40,663 nt of DNA from Kofleriaceae bacterium (GTDB lineage Bacteria; Myxococcota_A; Polyangia; Haliangiales; Haliangiaceae). The translations under genes and the position numbers were made by a program. Position 1 is the stretch's first letter. Each line of letters begins with the position of its first letter. Shown here piece by piece: positions 22,496-31,943 of this stretch. The notes below the pieces were generated by a model, which had not been told where the DNA came from, ran no database searches, and was given only the letters and a program-made list of their open reading frames with translations. The DNA lies in assembly GCA_046597055.1 (NCBI GenBank), contig JBKJLC010000193.1, positions 1 to 40,663 of the forward strand. Direction: 5' to 3'.

Positions 22496-22631
22496 GTCTC
22501 GTGCGTACGTGGGCCGCCATTTCGCCCCGGAAAGCAGCACCCACGCCGCACAAGTAGTATGCTGCCCGTCGGAGAGGGAGCCGCGTCGCGGCGGCGGGCG
22601 TCGACGGAGCAGCAGCAGGAGCCATGCAGGG

Positions 22632-23426
<795 letters not shown>

Positions 23427-23440
23427 CAAGGGTGGGGTGA

Positions 23441-23957
23441 AGCGGGGGCCTGCGGCTGCGGAGCCCGCCAGCTTCGTTGGGACACAGGTCTTGGTCCTCC
23501 CTCGTCCTCATTGACAGACGTCAACTCCGGCTCGGGGCCCTCCCCCCGCCTCGCTGGCAGGCTTCCTCGCTCGCGGCAGCTGGACCTCGAACGGCACAGC
23601 TGCGCGCACGCTCGAAGATCCAGTCGGCCGTGTACGTCGCCCCCGGAAAGGGCCGAACCTGACGCTCTCCGTCCGTTTGCCCTGAGCCGCCGACGCGGAG
23701 CGGAGGGCGTGTTGAAGGGCGATGCTCGCGATTGATCACAAGTCTTTGTGTGATCGGAAGCGCTCACCTTTCCCGGTGGCCCTGAGCCGGCGCCGCAGGC
23801 GCCGTGTCGAAGGGCAGAGCGCCAAGGTGCTGCACGTGATCTTCGACGGGCTGCCCTTCGACGGCGGGCTCGCTTGCGCGCGCCCTGGCTCAGGGACACC
23901 GGGAAAGATGTGCGGGATCCTGAGGGCGATGGCGGGCTCCGCAGCCGCGGCCCCGCT
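23441..23957. repeat. ~520-bp structured intergenic element bounded by ~28-bp inverted repeats, with three nested REP-like hairpins
   Basis: 23452-23470 is the perfect reverse complement of 23930-23948. Internal copies of CCCTGAGCC-hairpin-GT(C/T)GAAGGGC lie at 23673-23720 (+), 23768-23817 (+) and 23851-23907 (-). Confidence 0.8.
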
Positions 23958-23958
23958 G

Positions 23959-26802
23959 CTACACGTTCTGTAGCTGGAGCTGGACCTTCTCGCCGCGCTT
24001 CATGCCCAGCCGCGAGTAGATGATGAGGGCCTCGCGCAGGAGGTCCTTGCCAGCCTCGGCCTCGCCGTTCTCGAGCTTGTACTGCGCGTACATCTCGAGG
24101 CCGCGCGCGCTGGCGGCGTCGTTGCCGATGCCGCCGAGGACCGCGAGCCCGCGCCGGAAGAAGCTCTCGGCTGGCGACTCGCCGGGCGTCTCCATCACCT
24201 CGGTGCTGTCGGCGTCGTAGAGGCTGGTCGACAGGACCTTGCCCAGCGCGAGCAGGGCCTGGCCCTCCTTCTCCTTGAGGCCGGCGTGGGTCGCGACCGC
24301 CAGCGCGCGCTCGGCGAGCTCGCGGGCCAGGCCGACCTTGCCGAGCTGGTTCTCGAGCAGCGCGAGGTGGCGGGCGCACTCGCTCTCGAGCTGCCGGTCC
24401 TCGATGTCCTCGATGATCTCGAGCGCGTCCTCGAGCCGGCTGCGCGCCTCCTCGAGCTTGCCCTCCTCGAGCGCGAGCTCACCGAGGTTGGTCAAGACCA
24501 TCGCCGCGTAGGGCAGGGCGCCGATCTCCTCGGCCTCGGTCAGCGCGGCCATCCAGCCGGCGCGCGCGTCGGCGAGCTCGCCGACGTCGTAGGCGAGCAC
24601 CGCGAGGTTGTTCTGCGAGACCACCGCGCCCCAGCGATCGCCGGCGGCGCGCCGCAGCTCGAGCGCCTCGCGGTGGCAGTTGAACGCGGCCTCGAACTGG
24701 CCGCGGTCCTGCTGGACGTTGCCGAGGTTCGACAGCGACGCCGCGATCGAGCGCGGGTCGCCGCCCTTGCCGCGGCGGGCGAGCGCCTCGGTGATCTTGC
24801 CGTGGGCCTCGTCGTAGCGACCGAGCAGGTGCAGCACCTTGCCGATGTCGTCGAGCGACGCGGCGATGCCGCGCTGGTCGCCGGCCGAGCGGAACAGCTC
24901 GGCGCCGCGCTCGAGGTACTCGAGCGACAGCTTGAGGTCGCCCTTGCGCCGCCACACCCGGCCCATCTTGTTGAACGCGACCGCGGCCTTGGCCTTCGAC
25001 GCGCCCACCCACGACAGCCGCAACATGCGCTCGAACGCGCCCAGCGCCGCCTCGAAGTTGCCGATCAGCTCGTAGATCGAGCCGAGGTCGTGCCAGAGGT
25101 GGATGCGCGCCGCGAGATCGCCGTCGCCGACGCAGGCGAGGGCCCGGTCGTACAGGCGGATCGCGCGCTCGTTGTGGTACGCGGCGCGCGCGCCCTCGGC
25201 GGCCCGGCGGTAGCGGCCCGCGGCCTCGCGCGCCTCGCCGGCGAGCTCGAGATGGCGGGCGACCTCTTCCTGCGCGACCGCGCCCCGGCCCTCGGGCCGC
25301 AGCTCGAGCCACTGCGCTGCCAGCCGGTGGTAGCGCCGGCGCGAGTGGTCGTCGATGCCGCCGTAGACCAGCTGCCACAGGATCGGATACGCGAAGCGCA
25401 GCTCGCGCTCGCCCGGCAGGGTCGGGGGATCGATCTCGATCAACCACTCGCGCTCGATGAGCTTGCCGAGCGAGGCGTTGACCGTGATCCGCGAGTGATC
25501 GCCCGACGCGGCGATCTCGCCCAGCGTGGGCCCGTCGGGATCGGCGCCGCGGGTGCCGACGATGCCCTCGGCCCGCTCGAGCGCCAGCATCGCGTCCATC
25601 CAGCACACCTCGCCGATGACCGCGGCCATCTCCAGCACGCGGCGATCGACCGGCTCCATCACGCCGAGCCGGGCCGAGACCAGCTGGTCGTAGGTGCGGG
25701 GCAGGTCGGTGGCGGCGAGCCGGACCGCGTCGAGCCGCCAGCCGGCGCCGGGGCCGCGCACGATGCAGTCGCCTTCGAGCAGCAGGCGGACCAGCTCGTG
25801 GACCGCGCGCGGCGAGCCGCCGAGCGTGCGGGCGTGGATCAGCAGGCGCTCGGGCACCGCGCCCAGCGGCGCCAGCAGCTCGCGCAGCAGGTGATCGGTG
25901 TCGGCCGGCGCCAGCGGGCCCAGCTCGATCCGCTCGGGGGTGACGTCGCCCTCGCCGAAGCTCGGATAGCGTTCGGCGATGGAGGCGCGCGCGGTCGCGA
26001 CCAGCAAGATCGGCGAGCTGCGCAGCCCGGCGGCGAGGTACTGGACCAGGTTGATCGTCTCGGGCCCGGCCAGCTCGAGGTTCTCGAGCACCAGCACCAG
26101 CGGTCGCCGCTCGGCGTCGGCGGCGAGGAACCGGCGCAGCGCGAGGAACGTGCGAGTCTCGAGCGCCTGCGGCGACTCGACCAGCGGGCCGACCACCGGG
26201 CTGTCCTCGAAGTCGATCCGCATCAGGTGCGCGAGCAGGTGCGCGACCTCGGTGACCCGCGCCGGCGGCAGCACGTCGGCGACGCCACCGATCACCCGCT
26301 CGCGGGCCTCGGGCGCGGCGGTCCCGGGCGCGATGCCGAACCGCTGACCGAGCAGCCGCGCGAACGCCGCGAACGACCCCGCCTGATCTTCGGTCGCGCC
26401 GATCAAGATCCGCAGCTCCGGCGTCACCTCGCGGCACGCGCGCGCCAGCTCGGAGACCAGGCGGCTCTTGCCCATCCCGGGCTCGGCCAGCACCACGGCG
26501 AACCCGATCGCCTGGGTCGACGTGGCCGTCTTCCACGCGTCCACCAGGCGATCGAGCGCGACGCGCCGGCCGGTGAAGCGGGTGTGGAGGTCGTAGACCG
26601 CCGGGATGGCGACCGTCCGCTCGTCCTCGCCGTCTCCGAACAGGTCACCCGCGTCGATGTCGGCCAGACGGTCGATCGACCGTTCGAGGCCACCGCCGAC
26701 GCCCGGCGTTCCGGATCCCCTCACTGCCCCACCGTACCATGTCGATGTAGATACCGGCCCGCGAGCTGGGCCCGAAGCATCTGAATTCCCGTGCGTTTCC
26801 AT
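23959..26802 (-). CDS. STAND-like AAA ATPase (AAA_16) with C-terminal TPR repeats
   Basis: FTGR, Walker A AEPGMGKSRL and Walker B region LVLVLENLE, followed by multiple MalT/TPR_12-like repeats (A.SL.NLG......G....A). Confidence 0.88.
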   Translation of the reverse strand: METHGNSDASGPARGPVSTSTWYGGAVRGSGTPGVGGGLERSIDRLADIDAGDLFGDGEDERTVAIPAVYDLHTRFTGRRVALDRLVDAWKTATSTQAIGFAVVLAEPGMGKSRLVSELARACREVTPELRILIGATEDQAGSFAAFARLLGQRFGIAPGTAAPEARERVIGGVADVLPPARVTEVAHLLAHLMRIDFEDSPVVGPLVESPQALETRTFLALRRFLAADAERRPLVLVLENLELAGPETINLVQYLAAGLRSSPILLVATARASIAERYPSFGEGDVTPERIELGPLAPADTDHLLRELLAPLGAVPERLLIHARTLGGSPRAVHELVRLLLEGDCIVRGPGAGWRLDAVRLAATDLPRTYDQLVSARLGVMEPVDRRVLEMAAVIGEVCWMDAMLALERAEGIVGTRGADPDGPTLGEIAASGDHSRITVNASLGKLIEREWLIEIDPPTLPGERELRFAYPILWQLVYGGIDDHSRRRYHRLAAQWLELRPEGRGAVAQEEVARHLELAGEAREAAGRYRRAAEGARAAYHNERAIRLYDRALACVGDGDLAARIHLWHDLGSIYELIGNFEAALGAFERMLRLSWVGASKAKAAVAFNKMGRVWRRKGDLKLSLEYLERGAELFRSAGDQRGIAASLDDIGKVLHLLGRYDEAHGKITEALARRGKGGDPRSIAASLSNLGNVQQDRGQFEAAFNCHREALELRRAAGDRWGAVVSQNNLAVLAYDVGELADARAGWMAALTEAEEIGALPYAAMVLTNLGELALEEGKLEEARSRLEDALEIIEDIEDRQLESECARHLALLENQLGKVGLARELAERALAVATHAGLKEKEGQALLALGKVLSTSLYDADSTEVMETPGESPAESFFRRGLAVLGGIGNDAASARGLEMYAQYKLENGEAEAGKDLLREALIIYSRLGMKRGEKVQLQLQNV

Positions 26803-26825
26803 GACGATTCCCCCCACGACGCCGG

Positions 26826-26855
26826 AACCTAAGGGTGGGCCCCACTGCTTGTCAA
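26826..26855 (-). promoter_or_regulatory. Sigma70-type promoter TTGACA-N18-TAGGTT
   Basis: Consensus -35 and a TAnnnT -10 upstream of ATG 26802. Confidence 0.6.
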
Positions 26856-26881
26856 TCGCCGCGAATAGAGGGTGTGCGTCC

Positions 26882-27784
26882 TTACGATCCCGGCCGAGCC
26901 TGCCTCGGGGCGCAACGGGCGGTCAGGGCGTCCCGATAGCGCTGGGTGCGCTCGGCAATGGCGGCGGGCACCGGGCGCGCCGCGGTGCCGTCGACCATGA
27001 AGTAATGAAGCGAGACCGGGAGGACCGGCGGCCGGCCGCGGCGGATGCGCCGGCAGTTGGCGGCCTCGAGGTCGGCCAGGATCCCGGGCAGGGCGGCCAC
27101 CGTGTCCGGCTTGGTGTCGTGGAGGACGACGATGCCGCCGCCCGATGCCATCACCTGGTCGACCACGCGCTTGCGGAGTTCGGCGTGGCCGTCGGTGTCC
27201 CAGTCCCGAGGGTCGATGCTCCATAGCAGCTGGGTCAGCCCCCGTGCGGCCAGCACCTGGTCGAGGTGGTCCGAGCGCTCGCCGTAGGGTGGCCGGATCA
27301 TCGTGGGCGCGCGGCCGAGGATCTCCGCGATCAGCGCCGCGTTCGCGTCGATCTGGTGGTCGCGGTCGGCGTCGGCGAGCCCGGTGAGGACCTGGTGGCC
27401 GAACGTGTGGTTGCCGACGTCGTGACCGCGGGCAACGATGTCGCCGAGGATCGCCCGCGCGCGCGGCCCGCGCGAGCCGGTCAGGCTCTTGCCCACGATG
27501 AAGAAGGCGGCCGGCACGTCGCGGGCGGCGAGCGCGGCCAGCACCCGCGGCGTGTGCGCCGAGGGGCCGTCGTCGAACGTGAACGCGACCACGCCGGGGC
27601 GGCCATGCCCCCGGACCACGCCGGAGGCGCCGAGCCCATCGCCGCCGCCCGGCCCCACCGGTGGCCGCTCGCGGTCGGGGGCGGGCAAGGTCGCGGTCAC
27701 CGCGGCCGGCGGGCGATCGGCGGCGGCCGCGCCGACCAGCAGGACCAGCCCAGTCATCACCGCCGCCAACGAGCGCGCGCCCAC
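26882..27784 (-). CDS. Secreted polysaccharide deacetylase (CE4/NodB)
   Basis: Signal peptide and motifs FTFDDGP, GNHTFGH, RPPYG, DPRDW and VLHD. Confidence 0.92.
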   Translation of the reverse strand: MGARSLAAVMTGLVLLVGAAAADRPPAAVTATLPAPDRERPPVGPGGGDGLGASGVVRGHGRPGVVAFTFDDGPSAHTPRVLAALAARDVPAAFFIVGKSLTGSRGPRARAILGDIVARGHDVGNHTFGHQVLTGLADADRDHQIDANAALIAEILGRAPTMIRPPYGERSDHLDQVLAARGLTQLLWSIDPRDWDTDGHAELRKRVVDQVMASGGGIVVLHDTKPDTVAALPGILADLEAANCRRIRRGRPPVLPVSLHYFMVDGTAARPVPAAIAERTQRYRDALTARCAPRQARPGS

Positions 27785-27822
27785 CTGGCGACGCTAGCAC
27801 GCAGCCGCGCTACCATGGCGCC

Positions 27823-28812
27823 GTGGCCACGGCGTCCCCTTCAGCGCGTGGGCGGGTCGTGGCCACGGCGTGCCTGCCGGGCGACCTCGCCCGCCTGCTT
27901 CCGGACCACGACGTGGTCGGTCCGACCACCGGGGTGTGGCCGCGCGAGCGCTGGCTGGCCGAGCTGCCCGGCGCCGACGCGCTGGTCCCGCTGGTGTCCG
28001 ACCGCATCGACGACGCGGTGCTCGCCGCCGGGCCGGGCCTGCGGGTGGTAGCCAACTACGGCGTCGGGCTCGACAACGTCGACGTCGCCGCTGCCAGCGC
28101 GCGCGGGATCGCCGTGACCAACACGCCGGACGTGCTCACCGAGGCCACTGCGGATCTGACGTTCGCGCTGATCCTGGCCGCCGCCCGCCGGCTCGGCGAG
28201 GGCGAGCGCCTGGTCCGCACCGGCGCCTGGCAGGGCTGGGCGCCCGAGTTGCTGCTCGGCGCCGACGTCTGGGGCCGCACCCTCGGCATCGTGGGCCTCG
28301 GCCGGATCGGGCGCGCGGTGGCGCGCCGCGCGCTCGGGTTCTCGATGCGCGTGCTCCACGCCGGCGGTGACCGGTGCGACCTGCCGATAACCGCGGTGCC
28401 GCTGCCCGAGCTCCTGGGCGCGAGCGACGTCGTCAGCCTGCACTGTCCGCTGACCGCCACCACCCGCGGCGTGATCGACGCCGGCGCGCTGGCCTCGATG
28501 AAGCCGGGCGCGATCCTGGTGAACACCGCGCGCGGCCCGCTGATCGACGAGGACGCCCTGTGCGACGCGCTCGCAGCCGGCCGCCTCGGTGGCGCCGGCC
28601 TGGATGTGTTCGTGGGCGAGCCGCGGCTGAACCCGCGCCTCCACGACGCGCCCCGCCTGGTCTTGGCGCCGCACCTGGGATCCGCTACCACTACCGCTCG
28701 AACCCGAATGGCCGAGCTCTGTGCGCACGCGGTGCGAGACGTCCTGGCCGGACGCCGCCCCGCTCACCTGGTCAACCCCGACGCGATCGCGCGGCGGATC
28801 GGCGGGGCGTGA
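27823..28812 (+). CDS. D-2-hydroxyacid dehydrogenase (glyoxylate reductase/D-glycerate dehydrogenase-like)
   Basis: GVGLDNVD, TNTPDVLTEATAD, GLGRIG, VNTARG, GLDVFVGEP and PHLGSAT. Confidence 0.92.
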   Translation: MATASPSARGRVVATACLPGDLARLLPDHDVVGPTTGVWPRERWLAELPGADALVPLVSDRIDDAVLAAGPGLRVVANYGVGLDNVDVAAASARGIAVTNTPDVLTEATADLTFALILAAARRLGEGERLVRTGAWQGWAPELLLGADVWGRTLGIVGLGRIGRAVARRALGFSMRVLHAGGDRCDLPITAVPLPELLGASDVVSLHCPLTATTRGVIDAGALASMKPGAILVNTARGPLIDEDALCDALAAGRLGGAGLDVFVGEPRLNPRLHDAPRLVLAPHLGSATTTARTRMAELCAHAVRDVLAGRRPAHLVNPDAIARRIGGA

Positions 28813-28813
28813 C

Positions 28814-30364
28814 GTGAGCGAGCCACACGTCCTCATCGTCACCAGCGCCAGCGCCGACGCGTCCGCGGTGGTGCCGGTGCTCGCGGCGTGCGAGGCGGCC
28901 GGCATGCGGGTCCGCGCGATCGACGTCGGCGCGGCCGGGGCCGCGGGCGCCGGCATCTCGGACCGGATGCGGCGCGCGCTGCTCGGCGAATCCACCGAGC
29001 GCCGCCTGCGCAAGGAGATGGACGCCAACCCACCCGACGTGGTGATCGCGTTCGATCCGTTCTCGGCCCAGGCGCTGTCGATCGCGCGCGACCAGGCCAC
29101 CAACCCGGCGCCGGTGATCGCGGTGGTCAGCGAGCTGGAGCCGCGGCCGGCCTGGGGCGAAGCCGACGCCGACCGCTACTGTGCGATCGACAACGAGACC
29201 GCGGTCGCGCTGGCCGACGCCGGCGTCGAGGATGATCGGATCCTGGTGGTCGGGCCGATCGGCGAGCGGGCCTGGGCTGACGCCGCCAGCGAGGACCGGC
29301 TGGCCCTGCGCACCCGGTTCGGGATCAGCGGCAAGGCGGTCGTGGTGGAGGTCGCCGGCATGGGCGCCGAGCTGACCGGCCAGCTCGCGCTGCAGCTGTC
29401 GCTCGCCGACGTCAGCGATGGGGTCACCTACCTGTTCGATGCCGCCGGGGACGTCGACGCCGCCCAGATGCTGCGCCGGCAGGTGCCAGCCCTCGGGTTG
29501 CGCGCCAAGCTGTTCGGCCAGTCGGCCGACGCCGCCCGCTACTGGCGCGCCGCCGACGTGGCGGTGGCGCGGCCCCGGCCCCGCGCGATCGCGCGCGCCC
29601 TGCTGGTCGGCGCGCGCCTGCTCGCGCTGGTCGACGACGGCATGCCTGATGCCGCCAAGATCGCCGCGGCGCTCGAGGCGCGCGGCAAGGGCGTCGGCGC
29701 CCGCGGCGTGCTGCTGCTGACCAGCTCGCTCGAGACCGCGCTCCGGGTCGGCGCGACCACGCCGGCGGCCGACGGCGCCGACCAGGTGGTCGAGGTCGCG
29801 TGGGCGGTCGCGGTCGACCGCCGGGCCGTGATCGAGGAGCGCCACGCCGCGGCCCGGGCCGAGACCCACGCGCGCATCAAGGACGCCACCGCCGCGGCCA
29901 GCGCCGCCGCGCGCTCGGTCGCGATGCCGGGCGAGCTCGAGGATCTCGGGGGCGCCGCCGCCGCCCCGGTGGGCACCATCCCCGACGAGCGCGACCTGGC
30001 GGCGCTCACCCGCGAGGCGGTCGAGCGCAAGGCGCAGCTGGCGCGCGAGGTCGAGGCTGCGCGCCTGGCCACCGACGGCCCGACCATGCACCGCCTGCTC
30101 GCTGAGCTGGCCGCGCTCGATCGCGAGCTCAAGGACCTGGAGACGGCGACCGCCGCCGCTCGCGCGGCCGGCGCCCGTCCCGCCGCGGCCCCGCCGCCGC
30201 CGCGACCGGCCGCCGAGTCGGCGCGGCCCCGGCCCGCGGGTCCCGACCCGATGGCCGAGCTCCGCCGCAAGGCCGCCGCCGCCAGCGGCCGCTCGTCGGC
30301 CACGATCGACGACGAGCTCGAGGCTTTGAAGCGCAAGATGACTGACCCGTCGAAGAAGAAGTGA
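28814..30364 (+). CDS. Degenerate MGDG-synthase/UgtP-like (GT28) domain fused to a coiled coil with a PspA-like C-terminus
   Basis: PPDVVI, W...DADRYC...LADAGVEDDRILVVG and ADVAVARP echo GT28 motifs, but GxGH is missing. The protein ends in TIDDELEALKRKM. Confidence 0.6.
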   Translation: MSEPHVLIVTSASADASAVVPVLAACEAAGMRVRAIDVGAAGAAGAGISDRMRRALLGESTERRLRKEMDANPPDVVIAFDPFSAQALSIARDQATNPAPVIAVVSELEPRPAWGEADADRYCAIDNETAVALADAGVEDDRILVVGPIGERAWADAASEDRLALRTRFGISGKAVVVEVAGMGAELTGQLALQLSLADVSDGVTYLFDAAGDVDAAQMLRRQVPALGLRAKLFGQSADAARYWRAADVAVARPRPRAIARALLVGARLLALVDDGMPDAAKIAAALEARGKGVGARGVLLLTSSLETALRVGATTPAADGADQVVEVAWAVAVDRRAVIEERHAAARAETHARIKDATAAASAAARSVAMPGELEDLGGAAAAPVGTIPDERDLAALTREAVERKAQLAREVEAARLATDGPTMHRLLAELAALDRELKDLETATAAARAAGARPAAAPPPPRPAAESARPRPAGPDPMAELRRKAAAASGRSSATIDDELEALKRKMTDPSKKK

Positions 30365-30681
30365 CCGTGCCGCCACGCCCTGCCCATGCACTCGCCCGCG
30401 TTGCCCGTCGGGTCGGTCGGCTGTGGCCGGCGCTGCTGACCCTGGTTGCCGCGGCCATCTTGCTCGCCGGCTGCCCGCCGAAGAAGGCGCCGCCGCCGCG
30501 CCAGAAGCCGGCCGGGCGGGTCGAGAAGAAGCCCAGGAAGAAGCCGGTGGTGATCAAGCCGCGTCACGGCACCCACGAGCACGCGCACGGCGATCACCCG
30601 CACGGGGGCGGCGATCACCACCATCATCCCCATCCTCATCCGCACATGGCGGGCGGCGATGGTCACCACCACCCGAACTAA
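30361..30681 (+). CDS. Small Lys-rich/His-rich lipoprotein, possible metal binder
   Basis: GTGA overlap with the upstream gene, lipobox LAGC and a C-terminal tract rich in His/Pro/Gly. Confidence 0.7.
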   Translation: MTVPPRPAHALARVARRVGRLWPALLTLVAAAILLAGCPPKKAPPPRQKPAGRVEKKPRKKPVVIKPRHGTHEHAHGDHPHGGGDHHHHPHPHPHMAGGDGHHHPN

Positions 30682-30764
30682 GCCCGTGGTCCGGCAGGGG
30701 TCGCCCGTCGTGCTCGGCGCAGCCCGAAGCGCGGCGTCATCACCGCCCGACCGCGTCCGACGCG

Positions 30765-31553
30765 CTAGCGCACCGTGATCGCGGTCAGCGCCGGCAGCTT
30801 GGCCGTGCGCGCGTCGCCGGTGGTGCGGCCGCGGGCGCGCCGCCACAGCCACGGCGCCAGGTAGGTCCGGCCCCACGCGGCGTGGTCGGCGAGCTGCGCG
30901 CGCCAGCCGACCGCCGGCAGCGCGGGCAGGGGCGCCAGCCAGCCCTGGTCGGAGCCGGGCAACCCGAGCGTGGCCGCGAGGCCGGCGGCGATGCGCGCGT
31001 GGCCGTCGCTGTTGGCGTGCAAGCGATCGCGGCTCCACAGCCGCGGATCGCACGCGAGCGGGTAGGTGGCGAGATCGAGGATCGTCGCGCCGGTGACCGC
31101 CGAGACCCGGCGCAGCTCGTCGTTGAGCGCGCGGGTCCGGATCGAGAGGCCCCGGGCCAGCGGCGTGATCGCGAGCCGGCGCGCGATGTCGGGCAGCGTG
31201 AACGTGATGACCCGGCAGCCGCGCTCGATCAGCGCGCGCTGCGTCGCGCCGATGTCCGCGGCCACCGCCCGGGCGTCGAAGCCGCCGCGCAGCAGATCGT
31301 TCATGCCGCCGACCACGGTGGCGAGATCGGGCGCCAGCGCGAGGGCCGGGCCGAGCTGCTCGTCCTTGATCTGCCGCGCGCACCGGCCGCGCACGGCCAG
31401 ATTCGCGTAGGCCACCGAGCCCTGCGAGGTCGCGAGGTGTTCGGCAAGCCGGTTGGCCCAGCCGCGATAGCCCCCCGCCTGGTCGGGATCGTCGAGGCCC
31501 TCGGTGCTGCTATCGCCGAGGGCGACGTAGCGCTCGAAACGGGGGGCGGTCAT
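30765..31553 (-). CDS. SGNH/GDSL hydrolase
   Basis: YVALGDSSTEG, YANLAVRG, GGMNDLL and DRLHAN. Confidence 0.92.
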   Translation of the reverse strand: MTAPRFERYVALGDSSTEGLDDPDQAGGYRGWANRLAEHLATSQGSVAYANLAVRGRCARQIKDEQLGPALALAPDLATVVGGMNDLLRGGFDARAVAADIGATQRALIERGCRVITFTLPDIARRLAITPLARGLSIRTRALNDELRRVSAVTGATILDLATYPLACDPRLWSRDRLHANSDGHARIAAGLAATLGLPGSDQGWLAPLPALPAVGWRAQLADHAAWGRTYLAPWLWRRARGRTTGDARTAKLPALTAITVR

Positions 31554-31586
31554 GGCGGCGGACCTTGCGGCACCCGCCGCGGCCCG

Positions 31587-31943
31587 TCAACCGTTGGTGC
31601 CGGCGCGGCCGTAGCGGTCCTCGAGCCGGACCACGTCGTCGAGCTCGGGGGTCGACACCTCGAGCACCTCGGTGTCCTCGACCGCGATCATGCGGTGGCG
31701 CAGGCCGGGTGACACGTGAAACGGCTGCATCGCCGTCAGCTCGGTCACCTGCGTCGATTGGTCTTCATCGAAGTGCTCGAGGCGCATGCGCCCGGCCAGC
31801 ACCATGAACGTCTCGTCCTTGACCCGGTGGTACTGCAGCGAGAGCGCCTCGCCAGCCCGGATATGCAGGATCTTGCCGACGTAGCGGTCGGTCTTGGCCC
31901 AGATCAGCTCGTGACCCCAGGGCTTCTCGACCCGCGTGGTCAC
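31587..31943 (-). CDS. Cupin domain protein (mannose-6-phosphate isomerase type II C-terminal-like)
   Basis: VEKPWGHE, LSLQYHRVKDET, HRMIA and EVSTPELDDVVRLEDRYGR. GTGA overlap with the upstream gene. Confidence 0.88.
   Translation of the reverse strand: MTTRVEKPWGHELIWAKTDRYVGKILHIRAGEALSLQYHRVKDETFMVLAGRMRLEHFDEDQSTQVTELTAMQPFHVSPGLRHRMIAVEDTEVLEVSTPELDDVVRLEDRYGRAGTNG

Noticed and set aside
23673..23907. CRISPR array
   Set aside because: The repeats are few, degenerate and in mixed orientation, with no regular spacers and no cas genes.
23427..23958. tmRNA, RNase P RNA or SRP RNA in the long intergenic region
   Set aside because: There is no GAGGAAAGTCC or other RNase P core, and no T-arm/CCA 3' end to partner the GGGGGCGA seen on the minus strand. 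The structure is explained by nested inverted repeats. An Rfam scan would be decisive.
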